DNA from: an uncultured Riemerella sp.
GTDB taxonomy: Bacteria > Bacteroidota > Bacteroidia > Flavobacteriales > Weeksellaceae
Assembly: GCA_938037185.1 (NCBI GenBank)
Contig: CALHQK010000095.1
Location: 943 to 64,942, forward strand
Length of the DNA: 64,000 nt
Direction of reading: 5' to 3'
A program made the translations under genes and the position numbers. This document shows, one piece after another, positions 18,059 to 29,280 of the stretch. The notes below the pieces were generated by a model. That model did not search any database and was not told the DNA's origin. It worked only from the letters and a program-made list of their open reading frames with translations. Numbering within the stretch: position 1 is the first letter of the stretch; the number at the start of each line of letters is the position of its first letter.

Positions 18059-20602
18059 TTAAATCTTTATATTGTTTATTCTTAGAGAATTAAGTATCAC
18101 AGAAACTGAGCTGAAACTCATCGCTGCAGCTGCAATCATCGGCGAAAGTAATATCCCGAAGAAAGGGTAGAGGATACCTGCAGCAATAGGCACTCCCAAA
18201 GCATTATAAATAAAAGCAAAAAACAGATTTTCGCTGATATTTTTCATCATTTTTTCACTTAAAACTTTTGCTTTTACAATACCATGGATATCGCCCTTTA
18301 ATAGAGATATTTCGGAACTTTCGATAGCGATATCTGTTCCTGTTCCCATTGCGATACCTATATCTGCCTGCGCAAGGGCAGGAGCGTCATTTATTCCATC
18401 GCCGGTCATTGCTACAATTTTGCCTTGCTTTTGTAATTCTTTGATTTTGTTTATTTTATCCTGCGGAAGACAATTAGACTGAAAGTTTTTAATTCCTAAT
18501 TCTTGAGCCACTATTTTAGCAGTATTTTCATTATCTCCTGTAAGCATAATGACTTCTATACCTTTTTTCTGTAAAATATTGATTGATTGTTTTGCATTTG
18601 TCTTAATTTTATCTGCAAAACATACAAAACCTATAACATGTTTATTTTCAGTTAAAAAAGAAATCGTAAAGGCTTTGTTTTTCAGCTTATCAAGTTCTTG
18701 GAGGATTTCTTCAGAAAAAGAAATATTCTGTTGTATTAAATAATTTTTAGTTCCTAAAAAATATTCCTTACCATTGATTATTCCAGAAATTCCTTTTCCT
18801 ACTAAATTTTGAAAATTATCTACTTGAAAAGGTTTTATGTTTAATTCTCCTGCTTTGTCTGAAACAGCTTTGGACAGAGGATGTTCGCTGTTTTGGTTCA
18901 ATGAGTAAGCTAATGTGAGGATTTCGTTTGGATTTCTGCCATCAATGCCGAAAATATATTCCAAAGAAGGCTTCCCTTGGGTAAGTGTCCCCGTTTTATC
19001 GGTAATTAGAACATTCATTTTCTCCATTTTTTCGAGGGCTTCGGCGTTTTTTATTAAAATTCCGTTTCGTGCCCCTTTGCCTATTCCTACCATCACAGAC
19101 ATAGGAGTTGCCAGCCCCAAAGCGCATGGACAGGCGATTACTAAAACAGCCAAAGCATTTACAAAGGCATTGAACAGCTTCGGTTCATGCCCTAAAAACC
19201 ACCAAACCACGAATGTTATCACAGAAATGAAAATTACCGTAGGAACAAATATTTTAGCAACATTATCCGTAAGTTTTTGGATAGGCGGTTTGCTTCTGCT
19301 AGCTTCATTTACCATGCTAATAATTTGAGATAGGAGAGTGGCACTGCCTACTTTCTGAGATTCCATCAAAAAGGTTGAATTTCCATTAATCGTTCCTGAA
19401 ATTATATAGCTGCCTATGTTTTTTTCAACAGGGATGGGCTCGCCTGTAATCATGCTTTCATCCACAGAAGAAGAACCTTCGATGATGACGCCATCTACAG
19501 GAATTTTCTCACCAGGTTTTACTCGCAAAATATCCCCAACTTTTACTTCGCTTAAACCAACTGTTTTTTCTGCTCCATCTACTATTATATGGGCTTCGGA
19601 AGGGGAGAGGTTCATCAATTTTCGGATGGCATCTCCTGTTTTTTTGTGGGCTTTTGCTTCCAATAATTGTCCCAATAAAACTAGTGTAATGATGACACAC
19701 ACGCTTTCAAAATAAATCGGAAAACTATGTTTATGCTCCATCGGATGCGGAACAAATTGAGGAAAAAGTAGTGAAATCCAGCTTAGTAGTAATGCAGCTC
19801 CAGCTCCTAAGCCAATGAGACTGAACATATTAAGATTCCAAGTCTTAAACGAAATATATGCTTTTTTAAAGAAAACAAAACCAGCATAAATCACTGGAAT
19901 AGAAAGAGTTCCCTGCAGCCAAAACTGAGTTTTTACAGGAATATTTTCCAAAGAAATTCCCATCATATCGCCCATAGCCAATATAAAAACAGGAATTGTA
20001 AAAACTAACGAAAGATAAAATTTTCTTCGTAAATTCAAATAAGAGGAATTATCTTCTTCATTACCAGAGGTTATCTGAACTAAATCCATTCCACAAACGG
20101 GACAGCCCACATTTTCGGGATAGGTTTTGTCTCCTTCGCAAAACATAGGGCAGTAAAATTCCCCGATTTTGTCGGGTTTGGTTAAGTGCTTGTGTTGGTC
20201 TGTCTTTTGATTTTTATGGTTTTCCTGTTCTTCAATTGGCACCAAAAACATGTTGCATACTGGGCATCTGCCAGGTTTGAAATAAAGTTTTTCGCCCTCA
20301 CATTTCATCGGACAGAAATAAACACTGCTTGGAGAAATTTTATCCTCAGGCTTTACTATATTTTTATTCGGATTTTCAGGGTCTTCCAAAAAATAATGCC
20401 CAATTTGTTTTAGTTCTTCGTTTAAAAAATCTATATCAATTTCTTTTTCAGAGGAAATAGTCACTTTAGAAGCAGCTAAATCTAAATCAGCAGAAATGTG
20501 AGGCAAAGAGTTTAGTTTCTCTGTTATTTTTTTCTGGCAACCAGAGCAACTCATGCCAATTACATTATATATTTTTATATTCATTTTAGTGTTATTTAAC
20601 AT
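18059..20602 (-). CDS. copA: Copper-translocating P1B-type ATPase with N-terminal HMA domain and two Cys-rich TRASH/YHS-like repeats
   Basis: GMSCSGC metal-binding domain and two CPM(K/F)CEG...CPVC repeats. It has the CPC transmembrane motif ([12 protein letters not shown]) and the phosphorylation site DKTGTLT, with [10 protein letters not shown] near the C-terminus. The physiological start may be the Met of MNIKIYNV. Confidence 0.85.
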   Translation of the reverse strand: MLNNTKMNIKIYNVIGMSCSGCQKKITEKLNSLPHISADLDLAASKVTISSEKEIDIDFLNEELKQIGHYFLEDPENPNKNIVKPEDKISPSSVYFCPMKCEGEKLYFKPGRCPVCNMFLVPIEEQENHKNQKTDQHKHLTKPDKIGEFYCPMFCEGDKTYPENVGCPVCGMDLVQITSGNEEDNSSYLNLRRKFYLSLVFTIPVFILAMGDMMGISLENIPVKTQFWLQGTLSIPVIYAGFVFFKKAYISFKTWNLNMFSLIGLGAGAALLLSWISLLFPQFVPHPMEHKHSFPIYFESVCVIITLVLLGQLLEAKAHKKTGDAIRKLMNLSPSEAHIIVDGAEKTVGLSEVKVGDILRVKPGEKIPVDGVIIEGSSSVDESMITGEPIPVEKNIGSYIISGTINGNSTFLMESQKVGSATLLSQIISMVNEASRSKPPIQKLTDNVAKIFVPTVIFISVITFVVWWFLGHEPKLFNAFVNALAVLVIACPCALGLATPMSVMVGIGKGARNGILIKNAEALEKMEKMNVLITDKTGTLTQGKPSLEYIFGIDGRNPNEILTLAYSLNQNSEHPLSKAVSDKAGELNIKPFQVDNFQNLVGKGISGIINGKEYFLGTKNYLIQQNISFSEEILQELDKLKNKAFTISFLTENKHVIGFVCFADKIKTNAKQSINILQKKGIEVIMLTGDNENTAKIVAQELGIKNFQSNCLPQDKINKIKELQKQGKIVAMTGDGINDAPALAQADIGIAMGTGTDIAIESSEISLLKGDIHGIVKAKVLSEKMMKNISENLFFAFIYNALGVPIAAGILYPFFGILLSPMIAAAAMSFSSVSVILNSLRINNIKI

Positions 20603-20818
20603 AATATAAATTATAGGAATACTTTTAATTAAAAGTAACTAGCAAATATACTTCTTTTTATAAAAACAATTCTAATTTGCTAAAACAATGAATTTAATAT
20701 CGCAAAAAATTCATTATAAATGATTGGTTAACAAAAATTTATAAATAATAAAAATTTTCTTGAAAACTTTAAAAACAAAGAAATTTTGCTAAAATAGTTT
20801 TTATAAGATATAAATTCT

Positions 20819-20826
20819 TAACTTTG
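20819..20826 (+). promoter_or_regulatory. Candidate -7 element TAACTTTG (TAnnTTTG) 27 nt upstream of the KAS-III gene
   Basis: A Bacteroidetes sigmaA -7 consensus match in a 250-bp AT-rich intergenic region. Confidence 0.3.
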
Positions 20827-20852
20827 TATTCGTACTTTTTAAACGAAAAAAT

Positions 20853-21920
20853 ATGCCAAATACTATAATCATAGGTTCAGGGTCATATATTCCAGAAAGA
20901 ATTATTGATAATACCCACTTTTCAGATGTTGTTTTCTATGATGAAAATGGAAAAACTATTGACAAACCTAATGAGGAAACTATTAGAAAATTTGCGGAAA
21001 TTACTGAAATTGAGCGCCGTAGATATATAAATGATAATGAAAATAATTCTGATATTGCAACAAAAGCTTCTGAAAGTGCTATCCAAGATGCTGGAATAGA
21101 CCAAGAAACTATAGATTATATTATCTGCGCGAGTAATTTCGGGGAAATCAATGTAGATGGAGTTAGTAGTTTTATGCCTTCTATGTCTTCAAGAATAAAG
21201 CATAAACTTGGCATAAAGAACAGAAAATGTGTAAATTATGATATGATTTTTGGTTGTCCTGGCTGGGTAGAATCTATGATTTTGGCAGACACTCTCATAA
21301 AAGCAGGAAAAGCTAAAACAATCCTTGTCGTGGGTTCTGAAACACTAAGCCGAGCATTAGATCCATATGACAGAAATAGAATGATTTTCGCAGATGGTGC
21401 AGGAGCTGTGGTCGTAAAAGCAACAGATGATGAAACTGTGGGAATGATTTCTTCGGCAACTATTTGTGATAATCAGGAAGAAATTACCTATTTGGATATG
21501 GCTTGTTCTCTTAACAAAGACCATGATCCTAAGAAAATATATGTTAGAATGGCAGGAAGGAAAATTTATGAGTATGCTTTGACTAATGTTCCTCCTGCAA
21601 TTAAGGAAACTATTGATGCTGCGGGAATTAGCATAGATGATGTGGGAAAAATCCTAATTCATCAAGCTAATGCCAAGATGGATCACGCAATTATCCAAAG
21701 GCTCTATAAACTCTATGGCAAGAATGAATATGACCACAACATCTCTCCTATGATTATCCAAGAAATGGGAAATACTTCTGTGGCGAGCATTCCTACGATG
21801 TATGACCTCATTACCAAAGATAAAATGCAGGGACACAGCATGAAAAAAGGAGATTATATAGTGATGTGTTCTGTAGGTGCAGGGATGAATATCAATGCAT
21901 TCGTTTATAAAATGCCTTAA
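20853..21920 (+). CDS. 3-oxoacyl-ACP synthase III family protein (KAS III/FabH-like)
   Basis: The Cys-His-Asn catalytic triad context is conserved: GCPGW (Cys), IHQANAKM (His) and GNTSVASIP (Asn). The gene is 355 aa. Confidence 0.75.
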   Translation: MPNTIIIGSGSYIPERIIDNTHFSDVVFYDENGKTIDKPNEETIRKFAEITEIERRRYINDNENNSDIATKASESAIQDAGIDQETIDYIICASNFGEINVDGVSSFMPSMSSRIKHKLGIKNRKCVNYDMIFGCPGWVESMILADTLIKAGKAKTILVVGSETLSRALDPYDRNRMIFADGAGAVVVKATDDETVGMISSATICDNQEEITYLDMACSLNKDHDPKKIYVRMAGRKIYEYALTNVPPAIKETIDAAGISIDDVGKILIHQANAKMDHAIIQRLYKLYGKNEYDHNISPMIIQEMGNTSVASIPTMYDLITKDKMQGHSMKKGDYIVMCSVGAGMNINAFVYKMP

Positions 21921-21957
21921 CAATTAATACTTTTTTCATAACAAAAACTATAAAAAC

Positions 21958-21993
21958 CACATCAGCATAAATCTATGCTGGTGTGTTCTTTTG
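21958..21993 (+). terminator. Hairpin + T-run after the KAS-III gene
   Basis: CACATCAGCAT...ATGCTGGTGTG 11-bp stem with one mismatch, followed by TTCTTTTG. Confidence 0.4.
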
Positions 21994-23214
21994 AATAATA
22001 CTTATAATTTTTTTCAACCTATGCGGAAACAATTTTTACTTCTCTTCGGGATTTTTGTAGTCTTAGAAGTATATGTTTATCAGGGAGTTAAGAATTTGAC
22101 TCAAAATCCTTTTATCAGAGGAGGATATGTGGCGGTTAATGTCCTGATTTATGCAACTATTTTCTATTTGGCTGTTATCAGGCCAGATTCCTCCAAAGTT
22201 CCTTTTATGATGAACATTGTGATGATATTCATCGTCCCAAAACTGGTCATGGTTCTTTTTCTTTTGGTGGATGATATTTTTCGGTTTGGGAAGTATTTGG
22301 TTCAGACTTTTTCTGCCAAGGGAAACCACTATCCAGAGAGGAGAAAGTTCCTTGGATTGATGGCTTTAGGTGGTTTCGTTCTGCTTTCTCTTGCTGTGGT
22401 GGACGGCATTATTTTTGGGAAATATCGCCATATTTTAAGAAAAGTAAAATTAAAATTTAAAAATCTTCCTAAAAGTTTCAAAGGTTATAAAATTGTCCAA
22501 ATTTCTGATGTTCACAGTGGGAGTTTTTCTGACCCTTCCAAGTTGCAGCACGCTATAGATTTAATCAATGAGCAAAAACCTGATTTAGTGCTGTTTACAG
22601 GAGATATGGTGAATAGTTATGCTGATGAGTTTAAGCCTTTTATCTCTTTATTTTCTCAGATTAAGGCTAAAGATGGGAAGTTTTCCGTTCTGGGAAATCA
22701 TGACTATGGACTTTATGGGCAATGGAATACGAGCGAGGAACAAAAACAAAATGTCCCAAAACTGATTGATTATCAAAAACAAGCGGGTTTTGAAATGCTC
22801 CGAAATGAGCATAGAGTTTTTGAAAGAAATGGCGAAAAAATCTATCTTTTGGGGGTGGAAAACTGGGGAGAACCGCCTTTCCCTCAGTTTGGTGACTTGG
22901 ATAAAGCAGTAAAAGGCGTTCCTACAGATGCTGTGAAAGTACTGATGTCACACGACCCTACGCATTTTGATGCAGTGGTAAAGACTCATCCTTCTGATAT
23001 TCAGCTGACTCTGTCTGGGCATACGCACGGAATGCAGTTTGGTCTTGATTTGAAAAATGTGAAATGGTCGCCAGTGCAGTATCGCTATAAAAAATGGATA
23101 GATTTATACGAAAGCATGGGAAAATATCTCTATGTAAACAGAGGTTTCGGGGTTATTGGTTTTCATGGGAGAGTTGGGATTTATCCAGAAATTACTTTGA
23201 TAGAATTAGATTAA
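21991..23214 (+). CDS. Membrane-anchored metallophosphoesterase (calcineurin-like); likely start at Met 22021
   Basis: N-terminal TM helices, then GDMVN, GNHDY and GHTH metallophosphatase motifs. The first ATG lies inside the upstream terminator tail. Confidence 0.7.
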   Translation: MNNTYNFFQPMRKQFLLLFGIFVVLEVYVYQGVKNLTQNPFIRGGYVAVNVLIYATIFYLAVIRPDSSKVPFMMNIVMIFIVPKLVMVLFLLVDDIFRFGKYLVQTFSAKGNHYPERRKFLGLMALGGFVLLSLAVVDGIIFGKYRHILRKVKLKFKNLPKSFKGYKIVQISDVHSGSFSDPSKLQHAIDLINEQKPDLVLFTGDMVNSYADEFKPFISLFSQIKAKDGKFSVLGNHDYGLYGQWNTSEEQKQNVPKLIDYQKQAGFEMLRNEHRVFERNGEKIYLLGVENWGEPPFPQFGDLDKAVKGVPTDAVKVLMSHDPTHFDAVVKTHPSDIQLTLSGHTHGMQFGLDLKNVKWSPVQYRYKKWIDLYESMGKYLYVNRGFGVIGFHGRVGIYPEITLIELD

Positions 23215-23238
23215 AAAGCTATACTATTGTATAGCTTT
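23215..23238. terminator. Bidirectional terminator between convergent metallophosphoesterase and rpe
   Basis: Perfect 10-bp stem AAAGCTATAC/GTATAGCTTT with loop TATT. It has T-rich flanks on both strands. Confidence 0.55.
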
Positions 23239-23249
23239 TATTCATTAAT

Positions 23250-23912
23250 CTATGATATTAGTTTCTTCATTTCAGCGATGGTTTCTGCTGGTTTGCCATT
23301 AAAAATTCCAGACCCAGAAACTATAATATCCGCGCCAGCCTCTGCAACTTCCTGAATATTATTAAGTTTTATTCCGCCATCTACTTCTATCTCGATATGA
23401 TTATAGCCTTTTTCCATAATCATTTGTTTCAATCTTTTTATTTTACTTAATGCATTAGGGATAAAAGACTGCCCACCAAATCCTGGGTTCACAGACATTA
23501 TCAACACCAAATCTATTTCCTCCAATACCTCTTCTATAACGCTCAAACTCGTGTGAGGATTTAGAGCGACTCCACTTTTACAGCCTAAGCTTCTGATATG
23601 CTGTAATGTTCTATGAAGATGAGTACAAGCCTCAGCATGAACGGTAAGATAATCCGCTCCCGCCTTTACAAAGCTCTCTACATATCGCTCTGGTTTTTCT
23701 ATCATAAGATGAACATCACAAGGAATAGAAGAATTTTTCTTAATGGCTTCCACTATGGGAATTCCTATGGTAATATTTGGGACAAAATGTCCATCCATCA
23801 CATCTATATGCAGAAGGTCTGCACCAGCACTTTCCAGCATATGGATATCTCTATTCAGATTACAAAAATCCGCAGACAGCAGAGATGGTGATATTTTTTT
23901 CTCTTTTTTCAT
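23250..23912 (-). CDS. rpe: Ribulose-phosphate 3-epimerase
   Basis: SPSLLSADF...HIDVMDGHFVPN motif, in a 220-aa TIM barrel. Confidence 0.9.
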   Translation of the reverse strand: MKKEKKISPSLLSADFCNLNRDIHMLESAGADLLHIDVMDGHFVPNITIGIPIVEAIKKNSSIPCDVHLMIEKPERYVESFVKAGADYLTVHAEACTHLHRTLQHIRSLGCKSGVALNPHTSLSVIEEVLEEIDLVLIMSVNPGFGGQSFIPNALSKIKRLKQMIMEKGYNHIEIEVDGGIKLNNIQEVAEAGADIIVSGSGIFNGKPAETIAEMKKLIS

Positions 23913-23922
23913 GGTTTATTTT

Positions 23923-24882
23923 TTAGTGATTTATTCCTTTATGAATTCCTTCTATGAATCTTATAGAGCCTGATTTAGCGCTGATAACTACACTTTTGGT
24001 AGTAATAGTTCCGTTTTCATGGAATTTAACTCCATCCAGATAGCCTCCACTTGTGATGCCTGTCGCGGAAAAAACAGCATTTTCAGACTTTATCAATGTA
24101 TCTAAATGTATAACTTCACTGATGTCAATATTTTCTTTTTTCAAATTAGCTATTTCAGATTCCAGCTGTGGCGCTCTCATTCCCTGCATTCCGCCGTTAA
24201 GGGCTTTCACTGCACACGCCGCCAAAACTCCCTCTGGCGTACCGCCTATTCCCATCAACACATCCACTCCTGTGTCTGGCATTGCTGCTAAAAGCGCTCC
24301 CAAAACATCCCCATCTGTATGTAGTGTAATCCTTGTGCCTGCTTTTCTAATCTCCTCTATCATAGCTTTGTGACGAGGTTTATCCAAGATATAAACCATC
24401 AAATCATTTACTTTTTTGCCTTCCGCCTCTGCTATTCTATTAAGGTTTTCTGTAACGGATTTAGTAATATCTATCGCATTTTTAGCCTTCTCTCCTACTA
24501 CCAGTTTATTCATATAAAAGGAACTCCCTGGATTCCACATACTTCCTTGGTCAGAAGCTGCAATCGTAGCAATGGCATTGGGTCTTCCAAGGGCAAGAAG
24601 ATTAGTCCCTTCCACTGGATCTACAGCGATATCTACACGAGGTCCATTTCCATTCCCCACCGTTTCGCCATTGTAGAGCATAGGTGCATCATCTTTTTCT
24701 CCTTCGCCGATGATGATAGTTCCATGGACATCAATATACCGAAGAGATTCACGCATCCCATCCACTGCCGCTTTGTCGCCTCCGTTCTTGTCTCCTGTTC
24801 CTATAAAAGCTGCTGCAGAAAGAGCTGCAGACTCGGTAACTCTCACGAGTTCCATTGCGATGTTATAATCTAATTTTGACAT
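23923..24882 (-). CDS. glpX: Fructose-1,6-bisphosphatase class II
   Basis: GlpX family N-terminus MSKLDYNIAMELVRVTE..AAL, and the GEGE..D metal-site region. Confidence 0.85.
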   Translation of the reverse strand: MSKLDYNIAMELVRVTESAALSAAAFIGTGDKNGGDKAAVDGMRESLRYIDVHGTIIIGEGEKDDAPMLYNGETVGNGNGPRVDIAVDPVEGTNLLALGRPNAIATIAASDQGSMWNPGSSFYMNKLVVGEKAKNAIDITKSVTENLNRIAEAEGKKVNDLMVYILDKPRHKAMIEEIRKAGTRITLHTDGDVLGALLAAMPDTGVDVLMGIGGTPEGVLAACAVKALNGGMQGMRAPQLESEIANLKKENIDISEVIHLDTLIKSENAVFSATGITSGGYLDGVKFHENGTITTKSVVISAKSGSIRFIEGIHKGINH

Positions 24883-24957
24883 TGTTATTAGTTTTGGTGT
24901 TAAAAATACAAAAAATATCTGGCTGCAAAAAGAATTTACAGCCAGATTTATTATTTA

Positions 24958-25278
24958 TTAGGTTGAAGCTAATTTTAGCACGATAACTCCACTTATGATG
25001 AGCAATATGCCCAGTGTTCGCATGAATGTAAGAGCATCATTATAAAACACTACTCCCACCACGAACGCTCCCACAGCTCCTATACCAGTCCAAACGCCAT
25101 AGGCTGTACCCATAGGAATTGTTTTCTGTGCCACCCAAAGCAGAGCACTACTCACTCCCATACATACTACAGCTATGGTCATTCCCTGCCAGCGGAAGTT
25201 TTCATTTCCTGCCAATTTTAGACCGATAGGCCAGCCGATTTCGAAAAGTCCTGCTAAAATTAAATATACCCAAGCCAT
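24958..25278 (-). CDS. sugE: SMR-family quaternary ammonium compound efflux protein (SugE/EmrE-like)
   Basis: 106 aa with four TM helices and the conserved membrane Glu in EIGWPIGLK. Confidence 0.8.
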   Translation of the reverse strand: MAWVYLILAGLFEIGWPIGLKLAGNENFRWQGMTIAVVCMGVSSALLWVAQKTIPMGTAYGVWTGIGAVGAFVVGVVFYNDALTFMRTLGILLIISGVIVLKLAST

Positions 25279-26228
25279 TATTTCAAGCTTTGTCTTACAT
25301 ATTCTAACTGATTAGCAGACAATAGTTTATTAGATTTATCTACGATAAAATCAGCATATTCTTTCACGAACACTTTCCCTGGAGCTCTGAAATCGAACTG
25401 CTCTGGTTTTTCTTTGAAAAATTCTCTGTGAACTCTTGTCCAAACCAATCTACCGTCAGTATCAATATTTACTTTCGTAACTCCTAATTTCACAGCTCTT
25501 GCGAATTCATCAGCATTCACACCTTGTGCAGAAGGATCCATAGCACCACCAGCAGCATTGATTCTTTCCACTTCCGCTCTTGGAACAGAACTTGAACCGT
25601 GCATTACCAATGGAAAACCTGGAAGCTGTCTTTGGATTTCTTCGATTCTGTCAAAGTGAAGCCCTTGCTTTCCTGAAAACTTGTAAGCTCCGTGGCTGGT
25701 TCCGATAGCAACTGCTAAAGAGTCACAACCTGTAAGCTCTACGAATTTCTTAGCTTCTAGTGGGTCTGTAAGCATCGCGTGTTTTTCATCAACTTGGATA
25801 TCTTCTTCCACACCACCTAGCATTCCTAATTCAGACTCTACGCTGATTCCCTTAGCGTGAGCTCTTTCCACTACTCTTTTCGTGATTTCTACATTTTTCT
25901 CAAAAGACTCGTGAGACGCATCAATCATCACTGAGCTATAAAATCCTGAATCTATACAATCATAGCATGTCTGCTCATCTCCGTGGTCTAGATGCACCGC
26001 GAAAATAAGATCTGGATAGATTTCTTCAGCAGCACGAATGATGCCTTCTATCATTTTAGGATTAGCGTAGTTTCTCGCTCCTTTTGACAACTGAACGATG
26101 AATGGCGCCTGTGCTTTAGCATGTCCTTCGAAAAGCCCTAAAGCCTGCTCCATGTTGTTAATATTATACGCTCCTACTGCAAATTTCCCGTATGCAGCCT
26201 TGAATAATTGATCGGTAGTAACTATCAT
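25278..26228 (-). CDS. fba: Fructose-bisphosphate aldolase class II
   Basis: VHLDHG and GTSHG zinc-site motifs, and an N-terminus ...AVGAYNINNME. Confidence 0.8.
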   Translation of the reverse strand: MIVTTDQLFKAAYGKFAVGAYNINNMEQALGLFEGHAKAQAPFIVQLSKGARNYANPKMIEGIIRAAEEIYPDLIFAVHLDHGDEQTCYDCIDSGFYSSVMIDASHESFEKNVEITKRVVERAHAKGISVESELGMLGGVEEDIQVDEKHAMLTDPLEAKKFVELTGCDSLAVAIGTSHGAYKFSGKQGLHFDRIEEIQRQLPGFPLVMHGSSSVPRAEVERINAAGGAMDPSAQGVNADEFARAVKLGVTKVNIDTDGRLVWTRVHREFFKEKPEQFDFRAPGKVFVKEYADFIVDKSNKLLSANQLEYVRQSLK

Positions 26229-26255
26229 TTCTTTTATTTTTTATTGGTTATTTTT

Positions 26256-28241
26256 CTATTTTAATGAATTTACAGCCTCTACGATAGCATCAGTTGTAAT
26301 TCCAAATTCTTTATAAAGTGTTTTATATGGCGCTGAAGCTCCGAATCTGTCCAAGCCTATCACTCGCCCTTCTAAGCCTACATATTTATACCAGCCCAAA
26401 GTAACACCTGCCTCTACTGCTACTCTTTTTAGAATGTTTTTAGGTAAAACAGAGTCTTTGTATTCTTGTGGCTGCTCATCAAAGATGTTGGTACTCGGCA
26501 TAGAAACTATTCTTACTTTTACACCTTGTTCATTAAGTTTAGTTTTTGCTTCTACAGCCAATTCCACCTCTGAACCTGTAGCGATGATAATCGCCTCAAA
26601 ATATTTGTCTTCGCAAAGAACATAACCTCCTTTCTGAGCTTCTTCAGATTTTGCCCATCCAAGTCCTGCTCTATCATAAACAGGAAGATTTTGTCTTGTA
26701 AGAACTAAACAAGTAGGTCCTTTTTTATTCTTTAATGCTGATTTCCAAGCTTCTGCAGTTTCATTGGCATCCATAGGACGGATTACAGTCATATTTGGAA
26801 TCATTCTATAAGCCCAAAGATGTGCTTCTGGCTGGTGTGTAGGCCCATCCTCTCCTAATCCGATAGAATCATGAGTCAGCACATACACCACCTGCTGCTC
26901 CATAAGAGCCGACATACGCATCGCTGGTCTCATATAATCCGAGAACACGAAGAATGTCCCTGAATAAGGCAGAACTCCACCATGAAGAGCCATTCCGTTC
27001 ATTATCGCTGCCATACCATGCTCACGCACACCATATCTGATGTATCTTCCTTTTGGGTTTTCTGGTGAGAAAGACTCCTCTCCTGCTGGAAGAGTGTTAT
27101 TAGACGGTGTCAAATCCGCTGAACCGCCCATCAGCTGAGGAATATATTTAGCTATATGATTTAGAACTGTTCCCGAAGCAGAACGAGTAGCAATTGCTTT
27201 TTCAGAACCGAACTGAGGGATATCAAGAGCTTCTTTGGAGATTTCTCCTTTCATGCTGTTTTCTAATTCTTTAGCAGCTTCTTGGTTTTTATTTTTATAA
27301 TTTTCCCAAAGCTCATTCCACTGATTTTCAATATTTTGTCCTTTTTCTTGAGTTTTAGTTCTTAAATCAGAAATTTCATCTGGAACGAAGAAAGACTTGT
27401 CTTTTGGAAGACCTAATTTTTCTTTCATCAATTCGATTTCTTCCGCTGGAAAAGGCTCTCCGTGAGCTTTGGAAGTTCCTGCTCTATTCGGCGAACCAAA
27501 ACCGATGATAGTTTTACAAATGATGATAGACGGCTTAGATTTTTCTTTTTTTGCTTCTGCTATAGCTGCATTGATTTGGTCATAATCATGCCCATCAATC
27601 TCAAGAACCTGCCATCCATACGCCTCAAATCTCTTTCTGGTATCTTCCGTGAAAGAAATATGCGTAGGCCCGTCTATAGTGATGTTATTGCTGTCATAAA
27701 GCATAATCAGTTTTCCTAATTTATTATGCCCAGCAAAAGAACACGCCTCGTGAGAAATTCCCTCTTGCAGACAGCCGTCACCTGCCACCACATAAGTATA
27801 ATGGTCTATAATCTCACTGCCTTCTCTATTATATCTTGCTGCCAAAGAAGCCTCTGCCAGAGCAAATCCTACTGCATTGGCTACGCCCTGCCCTAGTGGT
27901 CCCGTAGTGGTTTCCACCCCTGCCGTTACGAAGTTTTCTGGATGTCCAGGAGTCTTACTTCCCCATTGTCTAAATGCCTTCAAATCATCCATTGACAAAT
28001 CATATCCGTAAAGATGCAACAAGCTGTAAATAAGCATACTACCATGCCCTGCTGATAGGATAAATCTGTCTCGGTTGAGCCATTTAGGGTTTTTCGGGTT
28101 AAAATTCATATGTTCAGACCAGAGAACAGCACACACATCTGCCATCCCAAGCGGCATCCCAGGGTGTCCAGAGTTTGCCGCTGCCACACCATCCACAGAG
28201 AGTCCTCTAATAGTGTTCGCAATGATTTTACAAGAGTTCAT
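26256..28241 (-). CDS. tkt: Transketolase
   Basis: 661 aa with the TPP-binding GHPG/GDGC..EG region, the [15 protein letters not shown] motif and a transketolase C-terminal domain. Confidence 0.9.
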   Translation of the reverse strand: MNSCKIIANTIRGLSVDGVAAANSGHPGMPLGMADVCAVLWSEHMNFNPKNPKWLNRDRFILSAGHGSMLIYSLLHLYGYDLSMDDLKAFRQWGSKTPGHPENFVTAGVETTTGPLGQGVANAVGFALAEASLAARYNREGSEIIDHYTYVVAGDGCLQEGISHEACSFAGHNKLGKLIMLYDSNNITIDGPTHISFTEDTRKRFEAYGWQVLEIDGHDYDQINAAIAEAKKEKSKPSIIICKTIIGFGSPNRAGTSKAHGEPFPAEEIELMKEKLGLPKDKSFFVPDEISDLRTKTQEKGQNIENQWNELWENYKNKNQEAAKELENSMKGEISKEALDIPQFGSEKAIATRSASGTVLNHIAKYIPQLMGGSADLTPSNNTLPAGEESFSPENPKGRYIRYGVREHGMAAIMNGMALHGGVLPYSGTFFVFSDYMRPAMRMSALMEQQVVYVLTHDSIGLGEDGPTHQPEAHLWAYRMIPNMTVIRPMDANETAEAWKSALKNKKGPTCLVLTRQNLPVYDRAGLGWAKSEEAQKGGYVLCEDKYFEAIIIATGSEVELAVEAKTKLNEQGVKVRIVSMPSTNIFDEQPQEYKDSVLPKNILKRVAVEAGVTLGWYKYVGLEGRVIGLDRFGASAPYKTLYKEFGITTDAIVEAVNSLK

Positions 28242-28500
28242 ATATTTAAAATTGGTTTTTTATTTATTTTTTTTTTACATAAAAATAGAGAGACAATTAT
28301 CCTTATCTCTCTTATTATTTCAGCCCAAAAAAGAACTCCACAACATGCTTGCCAAGACCATCTCTTTTTATTGGGTACAAAAAACTCATTTTTTATTTAA
28401 AAATTACTTGGGTAAAGGTAAGAAATAAATCAACTACAACCAAATTTTGTAATCATCCTTTTTCTATTTATTCTTTTTCTATTAAAAAAACTCTGTGTTT

Positions 28501-29280
28501 TCAGACTGAATACGAAAGCTTTTCATCGTCATTAAAAGGTTCTTTTAGTTTAGAAAATATTTCCTCTGCTATCTTTTCGCTGCTTTTGATGCTTCCTCCC
28601 TCAGTGATATCCACAAAGCCAGTCTTACATTTCTTTTTCTTATCCAATTTATCGTAATGAAATTCTTCAAAACTGCTGTCCGTTTGTCCAGTTTTAGGAT
28701 AAAGCAATAATGTTTTTTCGGCATCCCAATGCAAATTATAAACGAACATTTGTTTCAAATCCTCGTCCGAAGGATTATTGGTTTCTATGATTTTCCATTT
28801 GGTATCGATGACAAAAATATCTTGCCCTGTTCGCAAAATAATATCAGGGCGTATGCGTTTGTTTTCCCAAAATCTCTTGGATTTTTGAGGAAATACCTGC
28901 ACCTCATCTGTCTTATGTTTTTGGAGAATGCGGAAAATATATTCTCCCCACAAAGCATTCATATCAAACAAAAGCGTGAGTAAATTTTCGCTTCCGTAGT
29001 TCAAACTCGGAGAATAATTCAGGATGATGATTTTAGCAATATCAAACGCCTTTTGGTAGTCGCTGTTTTTTCTGTCAAAAACTATTTTTCGGAAATGCTT
29101 CTCGGTTATTTCTATGTTTTCAATTTCTTGAAATTCAAAAAGCAGTCGGTTCAGCCTATCCTTCAATGCATCATTTACAAAGGTTTTCAGAATTTGTAAT
29201 CCCTTGTACAAAATCTGATGCAGCAGATGATTCCTGTCATAAACCTGATGTTCGCAATAAAACCGCTCCTGATGCACCAA
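28501..29280 (-). CDS. mcrC: McrC-like type IV restriction nuclease subunit, C-terminal fragment (PD-(D/E)xK)
   Basis: The nuclease core is RPDIILRTGQDIFVIDTKWK (PD..D..IDTK). Its frame stays open upstream into the preceding fragment. Confidence 0.65.
   Translation of the reverse strand: MVHQERFYCEHQVYDRNHLLHQILYKGLQILKTFVNDALKDRLNRLLFEFQEIENIEITEKHFRKIVFDRKNSDYQKAFDIAKIIILNYSPSLNYGSENLLTLLFDMNALWGEYIFRILQKHKTDEVQVFPQKSKRFWENKRIRPDIILRTGQDIFVIDTKWKIIETNNPSDEDLKQMFVYNLHWDAEKTLLLYPKTGQTDSSFEEFHYDKLDKKKKCKTGFVDITEGGSIKSSEKIAEEIFSKLKEPFNDDEKLSYSV

Noticed and set aside
24370-24873. 167-aa plus-strand ORF
   Set aside because: Antisense to glpX.
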